From: a virus | Taxonomy: Duplodnaviria; Caudoviricetes | Reading direction: 5' to 3' (one strand) | IMG/VR virus record: IMGVR_UViG_3300049139_000140 | Location: 1 to 46,570 of that record | Length of the DNA stretch: 46,570 nucleotides | Part shown: in pieces, positions 1-7,431 of the stretch | How the letters are laid out: every line of letters begins with the position of its first letter | Numbering within the stretch: position 1 is the first letter of the stretch | Position numbers and translations under genes: made by a program | The notes under the pieces: model-generated | What the model was told of the DNA's origin: nothing | The model's input: only the letters and a program-made list of their open reading frames with translations | The model's database searches: none

Positions 1-342
1 GTGTTCGTTCCGGGCGGTGACGGTGACGCCGGTGATGCGGCGGTCGATGCTGTTGGGTGCGGCGAGTTTGATGGTGTCGAGCCAGACGACGAACCCGACG
101 AGCGTGCCCTTGGTGACGGCGGTGGAGGGCAGGCGACTGCCGGTGCGTTCGGCGAGCCAGTCGTGGAACTCCTCCCACAGATCCCAGTCGTTGGCGTAGC
201 TGCGCTTCGTGTTGTGGGGGCGGATGGCGTCGAGGTGCTTCTCGGCTGCCTCTTCCATGGCGGCCAGGACGGCGAGCGTCGCAGCGTCGTAGGCGGCGGG
301 TGTGGCATCCGGCTGGCGCGGGACGAGGTGAGTGGCGCTCAC
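1..342 (-). CDS. Tyrosine recombinase/integrase (Cre-like), N-terminal core-binding domain; 3' end outside window
   Basis: Hand-translated (absent from ORF track): MSATHLVPRQPDATPAAYDAATLAVLAAMEEAAEKHLDAIRPHNTKRSYANDWDLWEEFHDWL...LVGFVVWLDTIKLAAPNSIDRRITGV. The NTxRxYxxDW..F and APxSIxRR patterns are typical of the SAM-like domain of tyrosine recombinases. GTG start overlaps the upstream TGA. Catalytic domain not visible. Confidence 0.75.
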   Translation of the reverse strand, partial: MSATHLVPRQPDATPAAYDAATLAVLAAMEEAAEKHLDAIRPHNTKRSYANDWDLWEEFHDWLAERTGSRLPSTAVTKGTLVGFVVWLDTIKLAAPNSIDRRITGVTVTARNEH

Positions 343-485
343 CGCCCACTTCCCTCGCAGAAGCAGATGCCAGGGTCGGGGTAGCTCTGTGAGGCACAGC
401 CCGGTTCGTGGTCGTCATCATGCTGCTCTTGGTCAATGAGCGCCTGAATGCGGGCCTCGGAGTCGCGATCTTGATTGGTCATCAT
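339..485 (-). CDS. Small hypothetical protein (could start at 554)
   Basis: C-terminal part of ORF 339..950; AAGGA RBS before ATG at 485; stop overlaps the recombinase start. Confidence 0.5.
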   Translation of the reverse strand: MMTNQDRDSEARIQALIDQEQHDDDHEPGCASQSYPDPGICFCEGSGR

Positions 486-550
486 GCGTGAACGTCCTTT
501 CGATGCGGTGGCGGGGGTGGTGTCCGGCTGGCGCGGGGCGAGGCCGCCGC

Positions 551-1000
551 TCATAGCTCGGCCTCCGTCCCGTGCTCGCCGGGGCACTGGAAGAGGACTT
601 CCAGGCGTAGGAAGGTATGCGAGGGGTGCCGCTTCGTATAGCCGCAGTTCCGCTGCTCTCCCTGGTGCCGGGCAGAGATGGTCTCGTCGTGTTGAGCCCA
701 AAGCGCCTCGGTCGCAAGACCGTCCAGGTATTCGGCGGCCCGCTCTACGGCGTAACTGCCGCCCATGGAATGAACCTCCCGTGCACACCAGCGGATGACC
801 GCCGGCCGGTCGGTGACGGGACCCGTATCGACCTGCGCCCTGGTGGACAGGCTGTGCAGGTAGTCGGCCGCGTCCTGCACCGCCGGGTCGTCGTCGACCG
901 AACGGACGCGATCCGCGCACCAGAGGATCACCGCCGCATGATCGGTGCACTCGCGGGCGAAGGTAGCGGCAGCCTCCTGCTCTGAGGACTGATTGATCAC
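551..1000 (-). CDS. Hypothetical phage protein
   Basis: 149-aa ORF with overlapping start/stop to its neighbours; internal repeat (AVILWCA..V.S / AVIRWCA..V.S; AADYL / AAEYL). Confidence 0.65.
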   Translation of the reverse strand: MINQSSEQEAAATFARECTDHAAVILWCADRVRSVDDDPAVQDAADYLHSLSTRAQVDTGPVTDRPAVIRWCAREVHSMGGSYAVERAAEYLDGLATEALWAQHDETISARHQGEQRNCGYTKRHPSHTFLRLEVLFQCPGEHGTEAEL

Positions 1001-1350
1001 ATCTGCCTCCCTTGGATGGTTCCGGTCGAGTCGGCCCGCTGGCGTTCTTGCCTACGGGAGCAGTAGTGCTCGGGGAGTTCGTCGAGCCCTTCGCTGTGAA
1101 CGACGAAGCCGCAGCTGGGACAGCGCACGAAGCCGGTGAGGCACAGAAGCTCTCCGGCGCCCATGCCGTCCGATTCGAGCGCTAGGAAGGCGACCCGGTT
1201 CTTCGGCGCCGGAGGCTCCTCGTCGGCGCCGAAGACGCCGCAGTCACAGTCGCAGTTGTGGTCGCGGTTGCCGCAGGGGCAGAGCTCGCCGCAGTAGTGG
1301 ATGCCGCACCTTCGACAGAAGGGCCGCAGGCAGTCATCGCAACAGTTCAT
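997..1350 (-). CDS. Cys-rich hypothetical protein (putative metal-binding)
   Basis: MNCCDDCLRPFCRRCGIHYCGELCPCGNRDHNCDCDC: 11 Cys in the first 37 aa plus a later CPSC; GGAGG RBS before ATG at 1350. Confidence 0.6.
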   Translation of the reverse strand: MNCCDDCLRPFCRRCGIHYCGELCPCGNRDHNCDCDCGVFGADEEPPAPKNRVAFLALESDGMGAGELLCLTGFVRCPSCGFVVHSEGLDELPEHYCSRRQERQRADSTGTIQGRQM

Positions 1351-1439
1351 CGCGCCTCCATTCAGGTACGGTACGGGCGGTGCCCCGGCTGCTTTCCTCA
1401 GCCGGGGCGCCGTCACATTCGGACACGGATACTGGCCGT

Positions 1440-1892
1440 TCAGTTGGCGGTTGCGCGCTCAAGCCAGAACCCGGCGGAGTGCTCGTCGCGGTAGCGGGGG
1501 CCGAAGTCCCAGCCGTCGATACGGGCAAGGTCCTGCCACGTCCAGCGCTGCGCCAGAGACGCCCACCCGTCATCGGGCCGGTTCATCAGGTACGGCTCGC
1601 CGCCCTGCCCGATGCGTACCAGGACCCGATCATCGAGGGCCCGCAGCGTGCGGGACGGCGCGTTGAAGACCGGGCAGGTCTCGCACTTGCCGTCCGCGAT
1701 GCAGGGGCCGTAGCCGCCGTACCGGGCGCGCTGGGTGTTCGTGGACTCGATGAGGTGGGTGTAGTCGCGGGGGCGCAGGGCGCACTCGTCACCGGCGAGG
1801 CCGCCCATGGAGGCGATGGACAGGCGGGTCCAGCCCTTCCCGTCCGGGCCGCCGAGGGCAGGCTCAGGGGCTTCCAGGTGGATGGGCATCAC
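1440..1892 (-). CDS. Hypothetical phage protein
   Basis: 150-aa ORF, GTGA overlap with upstream gene, CxxC motif. Confidence 0.65.
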   Translation of the reverse strand: MMPIHLEAPEPALGGPDGKGWTRLSIASMGGLAGDECALRPRDYTHLIESTNTQRARYGGYGPCIADGKCETCPVFNAPSRTLRALDDRVLVRIGQGGEPYLMNRPDDGWASLAQRWTWQDLARIDGWDFGPRYRDEHSAGFWLERATAN

Positions 1893-2050
1893 TGGCTCCG
1901 GTTCTCGCCGAGCAGGCGGTCAATGAGGGTGCGGGCGAGCTCGGCGTTCCCGTCGTAGTAGACGGTGAGGGCGTGCTCGACGACGGGCCGGATGCTGCGG
2001 TCCTCGCACTGGACGGCTTCGCGGTCCTGGGTGGCGGTGGTGTCGGCCAT
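1889..2050 (-). CDS. Small hypothetical protein
   Basis: MADTTATQDREAVQ...; AGGAG RBS; tightly packed in operon. Confidence 0.55.
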   Translation of the reverse strand: MADTTATQDREAVQCEDRSIRPVVEHALTVYYDGNAELARTLIDRLLGENRSQ

Positions 2051-2052
2051 GG

Positions 2053-2295
2053 TCAGCGCTCCTTGCGCTCGAAGTAGGCCAGCGGGTTCTCGTCGGCGAT
2101 CAGCCACTCGTCGAACAGGTCGTCACCGAGGCGCCGGTTCAGCTCGTCCATGATCCAGCCTCGGACGAGGGCGAGTTCCTTGGTGACGGGCTTGCCCTCG
2201 GTGCCCATCCAGGCGAGGCACAGGGCCTCGTTGGTGAGCTTGGCGGCCATCGCCTGTACTGCGACCTCAGCCTGCTCGCGAACCGTGGTGTCCAT
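2053..2295 (-). CDS. Hypothetical protein, first gene of leftward operon
   Basis: MDTTVREQAEV...; GGGAG RBS; downstream of predicted promoter at 2334-2362. Confidence 0.65.
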   Translation of the reverse strand: MDTTVREQAEVAVQAMAAKLTNEALCLAWMGTEGKPVTKELALVRGWIMDELNRRLGDDLFDEWLIADENPLAYFERKER

Positions 2296-2319
2296 ATCCG
2301 TCTCCCCTGCTCGTTCACT

Positions 2320-2402
2320 GTTTCTGTACCTACAGAATGCGCCCATCGTGAACCCTTGTCAAGCGGTCAGGCGAGGTGGATGCTAGTTTCTGTACCTACA
2401 GA
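2320..2402. promoter_or_regulatory. Two identical 17-bp palindromic operator candidates (GTTTCTGTACCTACAGA at 2320-2336 and 2386-2402) plus a leftward sigma70/HrdB-type promoter
   Basis: Exact direct repeat with internal TCTGTA-CC-TACAGA palindrome; minus-strand TTGACA (2362-2357)-N17-CATTCT (2339-2334) overlaps the first copy. Confidence 0.7.
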
Positions 2403-2416
2403 CCCGAGGGGGAGAG

Positions 2417-2647
2417 ATGGCGCGGCCAGCGACAGGGAAGACGAAGCTGCGAAACGTCCGTGTGCCGGATGAGTTGTGGAGTGCAGCCATGGCTGAAGCT
2501 CAGGCGGAGGGTCGGACATTGACCGACGTCATCGTCAGCGACCTACACCGCTACGTGAATCGACGGCGACGCGAACGAGGCGCCATCGATGCGGAAACGG
2601 GAGCCGCCGAGACCGCTTCCCGAGAGTCGGACAATCACCCCAAATAA
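2417..2647 (+). CDS. Ribbon-helix-helix (Arc/CopG-like) DNA-binding protein
   Basis: MARPATGKTKLRNVRVPDELWSAAMAEAQAEGRTLTDVIVSDLHRYV: beta-strand NVRV, PDELW helix, EGRTLTDVI turn-helix; GGGGGAG RBS. Confidence 0.8.
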   Translation: MARPATGKTKLRNVRVPDELWSAAMAEAQAEGRTLTDVIVSDLHRYVNRRRRERGAIDAETGAAETASRESDNHPK

Positions 2648-2690
2648 CGCCCGCGATATGGCATGTTATCGAGAGCCCAACAGCTGAACT

Positions 2691-2738
2691 CCCCGCCCAC
2701 TCCCGGCGGAACGCCCACTCCCGGCGGAACGGGCGGGG
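2691..2738. terminator. GC-rich hairpin between convergent genes, containing an 18-bp tandem duplication
   Basis: CCCCGCCC (2691-2698) / GGGCGGGG (2731-2738) inverted repeat; CGCCCACTCCCGGCGGAA twice (2694-2729). Confidence 0.5.
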
Positions 2739-2781
2739 CGACAACCAGAACGGTGGTTCGGTCTCGTCATCCATGGCCCCC

Positions 2782-3930
2782 CTATGCGGTGGTGTTGTCG
2801 GTGATGAGGCCGAGCGCCGCGAGCGCGGCGGCCAGGGATTCCCCCGCCGATCCGTCAGCCCACGATCCGGATACGGTCTGCCGGCCGACGGCTGCGGCGC
2901 CGAAGAAGCCTGCGGTGTTGGCCGCGCCATCAAGGACGTGCCGTGTCGCCCCGTACAGGGCGTCGACGTACTCCACTTTGCCTGCGATCTGGATGTTCTG
3001 GGCGTCGGCGGACAGTCGGAGGTAGGCGCGCTGTGTGCCGTTGAAGCCGTTGCCCGACCAGTTCGAGACGATGAGGTCCGTGCCGGTGGCTTCGAGGTCG
3101 AGGGCGGATCCGTCGACGCGGAAGCGGTAGCCCTTGGCGAAGTCGGTGACGGTGAGGTTGTCACCGGATACGAGGACGGGTCCTGCGCTGTTGACGCCGG
3201 CGAGGAATGCGGTGCCCTGTTCGATGGCGGAGACGCGGGTGATGGTGTCGTTGACGTAGCCGTTGAGTGTGGTGACGGTGCCCTGGGCGGCGAACTTGCC
3301 GTCCGCCCAGGCCCGGTCGCCGTGCGGGTCGGTTGCGGCCGAGTGGGCAGAGACCTTGGACGCAGCGCCGGCGGCAGTCTCGAGCGCGGCCGTGTCCGCG
3401 ATGCCGTGGACGGTCGTCACGACCGCTGAGTGTGCCGCCACCTTCGCCGCTGCGCCGGCTGCCGTCTCGAGGAGCGTGGTGTCTGCGATGCCGTGCACGT
3501 TTGTGGTGTCGGCGCTGTGCGCGGCAACGGCTGCAGCTGCCGTGCCTGCGGTCTCCGCTCCGATCTCGACCCCGTCGACCGCCGCGACCCGGGTCAGAGC
3601 CGACAGCGTGACTGTGCCGGCGGACGCGGGCAGGCTGATGTTGTAGGCAGCTCCGGGCGCGTTGGTGAATTCTTCGTCGACCCGGTACGTCCAGCCGGAC
3701 GGTGAGAAGCCGTCAGCGTCGGTGGCCAGAACGGCCTGGGAGAACTCGCCGGATGCGCCGACGGTGATGTTCTCGATACCGAGGACGATGGCGCCGTGCT
3801 CCGCGGATACAACGCGGGACACGGAAGGCGTCAGGCGGATGGTGCCCTGGTAGGCGTCGCCGTCGAGAGTGCGGTAGCCGGCGGCCCCGGCGGTGAGGGT
3901 GACGGTTTGCACGCCGTCCGGGAAAGCCAT
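2782..3930 (-). CDS. Phage structural protein, tail-fibre-like, with His-containing repeats
   Basis: Likely start MAFPDGVQTVTLTAG (ATG 3930, GGAG RBS); Ala/Thr/Gly-rich; repeated VAAHSA....VHGIADT..LETAAGAA units. Confidence 0.65.
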   Translation of the reverse strand: MAFPDGVQTVTLTAGAAGYRTLDGDAYQGTIRLTPSVSRVVSAEHGAIVLGIENITVGASGEFSQAVLATDADGFSPSGWTYRVDEEFTNAPGAAYNISLPASAGTVTLSALTRVAAVDGVEIGAETAGTAAAAVAAHSADTTNVHGIADTTLLETAAGAAAKVAAHSAVVTTVHGIADTAALETAAGAASKVSAHSAATDPHGDRAWADGKFAAQGTVTTLNGYVNDTITRVSAIEQGTAFLAGVNSAGPVLVSGDNLTVTDFAKGYRFRVDGSALDLEATGTDLIVSNWSGNGFNGTQRAYLRLSADAQNIQIAGKVEYVDALYGATRHVLDGAANTAGFFGAAAVGRQTVSGSWADGSAGESLAAALAALGLITDNTTA

Positions 3931-3932
3931 GA

Positions 3933-4259
3933 TCAGACTCCAGTTCGGTCGCGCGGTTCGTGCTGGGCTCGGATCACCATGCGGGTGCGCTGAATCATGA
4001 GCGTTGTGATCGCGAGGAGTACCGCAGTGCGGACGCTGCGGAGGATGGCCGCCGTGCAACCCTCCGGCCAGATGGTGATCAGCACCGTGTAGAGGCAGAG
4101 CAGGCCGACGGCGCCGGCGAACCCCATCAGGTTCCAGCCGGTAGCGCTGCGCCACCACGGGGCCTGTACGTGGTAGACGATCGCGAAGGTTGCGCAGGCC
4201 AGGAAGGCGAGTGCCGACATGATTACGTTCACCCACTGGTCCACGCTCAGCTGAGTCAT
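3933..4259 (-). CDS. Lysis-cassette membrane protein (putative holin-like)
   Basis: Three hydrophobic segments with PWWRS motif; position in lysis cassette typical of actinophages. Confidence 0.65.
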   Translation of the reverse strand: MTQLSVDQWVNVIMSALAFLACATFAIVYHVQAPWWRSATGWNLMGFAGAVGLLCLYTVLITIWPEGCTAAILRSVRTAVLLAITTLMIQRTRMVIRAQHEPRDRTGV

Positions 4260-4477
4260 TGCTGCACTCCTCGACGTTCCGCGAAGGCGGCCTCAATCCG
4301 CTGGCGGAGGTGATTCTCGCTGCGGGCCCGTTTGAGGGGGGCGACGATCGAGTCGATGAGAGGCCCTCGTTCTTCTGCTTGGCGGCGGGCGGCCTGGGCC
4401 TGGTGCAGTGCGGCCTCTGATTCACTCACCGCCGGCTCGTCAGAACCTTGTGCGAGGCGTCGGATCCATGCGAGCAC
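4256..4477 (-). CDS. Small coiled-coil lysis-cassette protein
   Basis: 73 aa, ...RARSENHLRQRIEAAF pattern seen in actinophage lysis cassettes; overlaps both neighbours. Confidence 0.6.
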   Translation of the reverse strand: MLAWIRRLAQGSDEPAVSESEAALHQAQAARRQAEERGPLIDSIVAPLKRARSENHLRQRIEAAFAERRGVQQ

Positions 4478-4760
4478 CGGCGTTCACCTCCTCGTCGTCC
4501 ATCTGCCCGGGTTGCGGCAGCGCGGTGAGGATGTTCCCGCCGAGTCTCGCGATCTCGATCAGTTCGCCAGTCTGTTCGTGCTCGATGCGACGGGCTTCTT
4601 CGGCTTGAAGGTAGGCCTGTCGCCAGTTGTCGCGGTCGGTGAGGACGTCCTCGTGGGTTTTCCGCGGAACGAGCTTGCCGGTGAGGACGAACAGGAAGAC
4701 CAAGATGAGCAGGCCGACAGCGCCTCCGTCGACGACGTTGATGCCGAACAGTTCGCCCAC
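4440..4760 (-). CDS. Lysis-cassette single-TM membrane protein
   Basis: N-terminal TM segment followed by TGKLVPRKTHE..DRDNWR coiled coil. Confidence 0.65.
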   Translation of the reverse strand: MGELFGINVVDGGAVGLLILVFLFVLTGKLVPRKTHEDVLTDRDNWRQAYLQAEEARRIEHEQTGELIEIARLGGNILTALPQPGQMDDEEVNAGARMDPTPRTRF

Positions 4761-4797
4761 CTTGCCCCTCCCTGCGTGCAGTGGTCACCAGCTGCTG

Positions 4798-5163
4798 TCA
4801 GGCCACGGACTTGACGGGACTCGTCTGTTCGAGGCGGGTGGTGGCGAGGGGCGGCGTGACGATGAAGCGTTCGACGACGGCGAGGAGGGCGGCGATGCCG
4901 GCCATCCAGAGGGCTTGCCGGTCGGCGGACCAGTTGAGGCCGAGGCCGACGAAGAGGCTCATGACGGCCTGCGCGGTCTGCAGGATGGCGGCGGCCCAGG
5001 CTCCGTTCCTGGCGACGAAGGCGATGATGATGGCGACGACGCCGGCGGCGATGGTGTTGATGGCGGTCTGGACGCCGTCGGACACGTTGAGTTCGTAGCC
5101 GAGGAGCTTGACCCCGGCGGCGATGAGGCCGAGGAGGAGAGCGGGTTCTCTTCCGAGGAGCAT
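4798..5163 (-). CDS. Holin
   Basis: MLLGREPALLLGLIAAGVKLLG...; four hydrophobic segments; GREP N-terminus typical of actinophage holins; downstream of endolysin. Confidence 0.75.
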   Translation of the reverse strand: MLLGREPALLLGLIAAGVKLLGYELNVSDGVQTAINTIAAGVVAIIIAFVARNGAWAAAILQTAQAVMSLFVGLGLNWSADRQALWMAGIAALLAVVERFIVTPPLATTRLEQTSPVKSVA

Positions 5164-5177
5164 GGATCTCTCGATTC

Positions 5178-5531
5178 TCAGACGGGCTGCGCCAGTTGGC
5201 GGCAGCCGATGACGGTTCCGGAGGCGTTGCGGACCTCGCGGTAGGGGACGAGCAGGTCGTCCCGCGTCTTGGCCAGGGCGAGCGCGACGGGCAGGGACAC
5301 GACACACGACACGCCCTCGCGCGCCGGTGGGATCCCCACGGCGTGCCCGTACTCGACGAGCTCGACCTCGACGCCCTCCCGGTTCTCAGACGAGCAGGGC
5401 TGCATAGCGAGGCGGGCCGGAGTGTCCTCTGGCTCGATGACCAGCCGCAGCGCTGGTTCGAGATCGTCGATGCCGTCCGGCCGATCGGCGGCATAGATCC
5501 GGACCGGGTGCGGCGTCAGGTTGACGATCAC
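5178..5531 (-). CDS. Hypothetical protein (NLTPH-motif family) between endolysin and holin
   Basis: MIVNLTPHPVRIY...VVSLPVA...RDDLLVP...VRNASGTVIGCRQL; GTGA overlap with endolysin stop. Confidence 0.7.
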   Translation of the reverse strand: MIVNLTPHPVRIYAADRPDGIDDLEPALRLVIEPEDTPARLAMQPCSSENREGVEVELVEYGHAVGIPPAREGVSCVVSLPVALALAKTRDDLLVPYREVRNASGTVIGCRQLAQPV

Positions 5532-6505
5532 TCGGCGAGCCTCTGCGCCAGCTCAGCCGCGACCAACCCAGCGATCCGCTCGGCGAAACCAGGGTTCGCG
5601 GCCACCGCGGCACCGAGCGTCGCCAGCTGCGAGTCCGTCAGATCGACGACGGCGCCCGCCTCCAGGCCCTTCACCCGGGCGAGGGTCTCGCGGATCCCCT
5701 CGACCTGCGCGCGCTGCATGTACCCGGCGTTCCAGTCGACGTTCCCGAGGGACTTCCCGTCGTCCTTGAAGTAGTCGCTGTTGTGCCACGGCGGTCGGGC
5801 CGCAGGCACCGCGTCGGCGTTCCACACCGCCTTGGGCAGCAGCTTCACCACCTCGGCAGCGACCTCGGCAGCAGTGGGCATGTCGTCCTCCTCGTTGGGG
5901 TTCCAACCCGCGTCGTGGGCAAGCCGGGCCGCGACAGCCGCCCGGAACGCGTTCATGCCGAAGCTCGGGTCGATCTTTCGGCGGGTGCCTTCCTTGTGGC
6001 CGATGACCGAGTTCTCGGTCCAGCCGTGCGCCCGGCAGATCGCCGCCGCCCAGCGCACTGCGGCGTCGTACTGCGCCGTCGGGTACGGGTCTTCGCCGTT
6101 GCCGAGGTTCTCGATCTCGATGCCGTAGTACTGGTCGTTCGCATCGACCGGCTCGGCCGCATCAGGGCGCGGATGGATCGCGGCTTCGGCGAGCACCGCC
6201 GCGTGCGCGTTCTGCGCGAACGAGCCCGCATGGTTCGCCCGGCCCGCGGACAGCATCGTGGCCGTGCCGGTCTTCGACAGGTGGGTGTGGCAGAGCGGGC
6301 CGGGCAGGTCCGCAGTGCCTGACCAGCACAGGGCGAGGGAGTCTCGGCCGGCGGTGTGGTGGATGACGATGCCGTGGACCGGGCCGAAGGTTCTGCCGGT
6401 CTCGTCGTCCCGCTCGTGGCCGCGCCACCCCTGGCGTTCGGCGACCTTCACGCCTTCGGCTTTGAGGGCTGCGACGAACAGGTCCGCGCTCATCGGTGTG
6501 GCCAT
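5528..6505 (-). CDS. Endolysin, N-acetylmuramoyl-L-alanine amidase (Amidase_2)
   Basis: GIVIHHTAG, ANHAG, GIEIEN, VIGHKE...KIDP zinc-amidase motifs; start MATPMSADLF with GAGGAGG RBS. Confidence 0.9.
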   Translation of the reverse strand: MATPMSADLFVAALKAEGVKVAERQGWRGHERDDETGRTFGPVHGIVIHHTAGRDSLALCWSGTADLPGPLCHTHLSKTGTATMLSAGRANHAGSFAQNAHAAVLAEAAIHPRPDAAEPVDANDQYYGIEIENLGNGEDPYPTAQYDAAVRWAAAICRAHGWTENSVIGHKEGTRRKIDPSFGMNAFRAAVAARLAHDAGWNPNEEDDMPTAAEVAAEVVKLLPKAVWNADAVPAARPPWHNSDYFKDDGKSLGNVDWNAGYMQRAQVEGIRETLARVKGLEAGAVVDLTDSQLATLGAAVAANPGFAERIAGLVAAELAQRLAE

Positions 6506-6529
6506 GCGGGCCTCCTCAGGACTGCCGTT

Positions 6530-6587
6530 ACCTTGGAATCGTAGCTTGAACCCCGTCAGTAACCTACGAATCACAGGTACTCTGACG
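6530..6587. promoter_or_regulatory. Two copies of a 17-bp late-region motif in the divergent endolysin / glycosylation-operon intergenic region
   Basis: ACCTTGGAATCGTAGCT (6530-6546) and ACCTACGAATCACAGGT (6562-6578, flanked by CGTCAG/CTGACG); related copies at 30120 and 32355; the minus strand of the first copy contains the -10-like TACGAT. Confidence 0.55.
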
Positions 6588-6698
6588 TCAGGTTCTTCGC
6601 TCAGAGGACCGGTGGCAGGGGTGTGGCCGTGCGGGTCTGCACCCCTGCCACGCCAAAAACCCGCGCCACCCGCACACACCCGCACAGGAGTCACGCCG

Positions 6699-7022
6699 AT
6701 GGCTGAAGCGCTGAATCTCACCGCGCACTCTGGTCTGGTCGTCCAGCCCTACCGCAACGACCGGGGCAAGCGGGCATGGGTGTTCCGCTGTTGGGGCACC
6801 GACACCTGCGACGGCTGGCTGTCCCTCGACCACACCAGCGAGCAATCTGCCGCGCGCGCCCTCACAGGCCACGTCGAGGAGTTCCACTCGCGGAAGATCC
6901 CCGCGCCAGAGGTGAAGATCCGTATCTCTGGTGGGCTGACAGAGGCTCAACGCCGGGAGGTCGAGCAAATGATCGAGGACCACGCGAGGCAAGCTACCAA
7001 CGCGATCGGCCGCCGCGCATGA
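6699..7022 (+). CDS. Hypothetical protein, first gene of plus-strand glycosylation operon
   Basis: MAEALNLTAHSGLVVQPY...; AGGAG RBS; C-x5-C and H-x4-H residues suggest a zinc finger. Confidence 0.6.
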   Translation: MAEALNLTAHSGLVVQPYRNDRGKRAWVFRCWGTDTCDGWLSLDHTSEQSAARALTGHVEEFHSRKIPAPEVKIRISGGLTEAQRREVEQMIEDHARQATNAIGRRA

Positions 7023-7138
7023 CGGTCATCTGCCAGGCGCTCGCCTGCTTGTTCGCGTTCGTCGCCTTGTTGCCGACGCGGCCCGTCGAGGTGCGCATCG
7101 ACTACACGCCCACGCCCGCCGCCTGGAGCAACCGATGA
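7019..7138 (+). CDS. Small hydrophobic peptide
   Basis: MTVICQALACLFAFVALLPT...; ATGA overlaps on both sides. Confidence 0.4.
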   Translation: MTVICQALACLFAFVALLPTRPVEVRIDYTPTPAAWSNR

Positions 7139-7431
7139 GCGGCCTCGACACCGGGCGCCGCTGCCCCCGCTGCGACTGCCCCGACGGCCACACGCAGTGC
7201 GACCACTGCAAGGTCTGCCCTCACGCGGACGAACAGATACGGCAGCCCGAGTTCCTGGTGGCCCTGCGCGAGGACGACGGAACACTCATCGTCGGCATCC
7301 GCCCCAGCGGCCACATCACCACCGGGCCCCGCTACCAACCCGACCCGGCGGCCCGCGCGTTCTGGGACGCCGTCAGCCGCGCCGCGCAATCCGCCTCACC
7401 GATCCCCCTCAGCAAGGAGCAGCAGGCATGA
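7135..7431 (+). CDS. Hypothetical protein with Cys/His-rich N-terminus
   Basis: CPRCDCPDGHTQCDHCKVCPH; ATGA coupling with both neighbours. Confidence 0.6.
   Translation: MSGLDTGRRCPRCDCPDGHTQCDHCKVCPHADEQIRQPEFLVALREDDGTLIVGIRPSGHITTGPRYQPDPAARAFWDAVSRAAQSASPIPLSKEQQA

Noticed and set aside
2320-2731. Direct repeats as a possible mini-CRISPR or att core
   Set aside because: Only two copies each (17 bp with 49-bp spacing; 18 bp in tandem), no cas genes; operator and slippage explanations fit
3931-4425. N-terminal extension of the 547-aa ORF 2782..4425 (likewise extensions of 5528..6721, 7197..8381, 25154..26830, 27512..29614, 33689..34747)
   Set aside because: Extensions overlap other real genes and are Arg/Pro-rich noise; internal starts with RBS or stop-start coupling fit better
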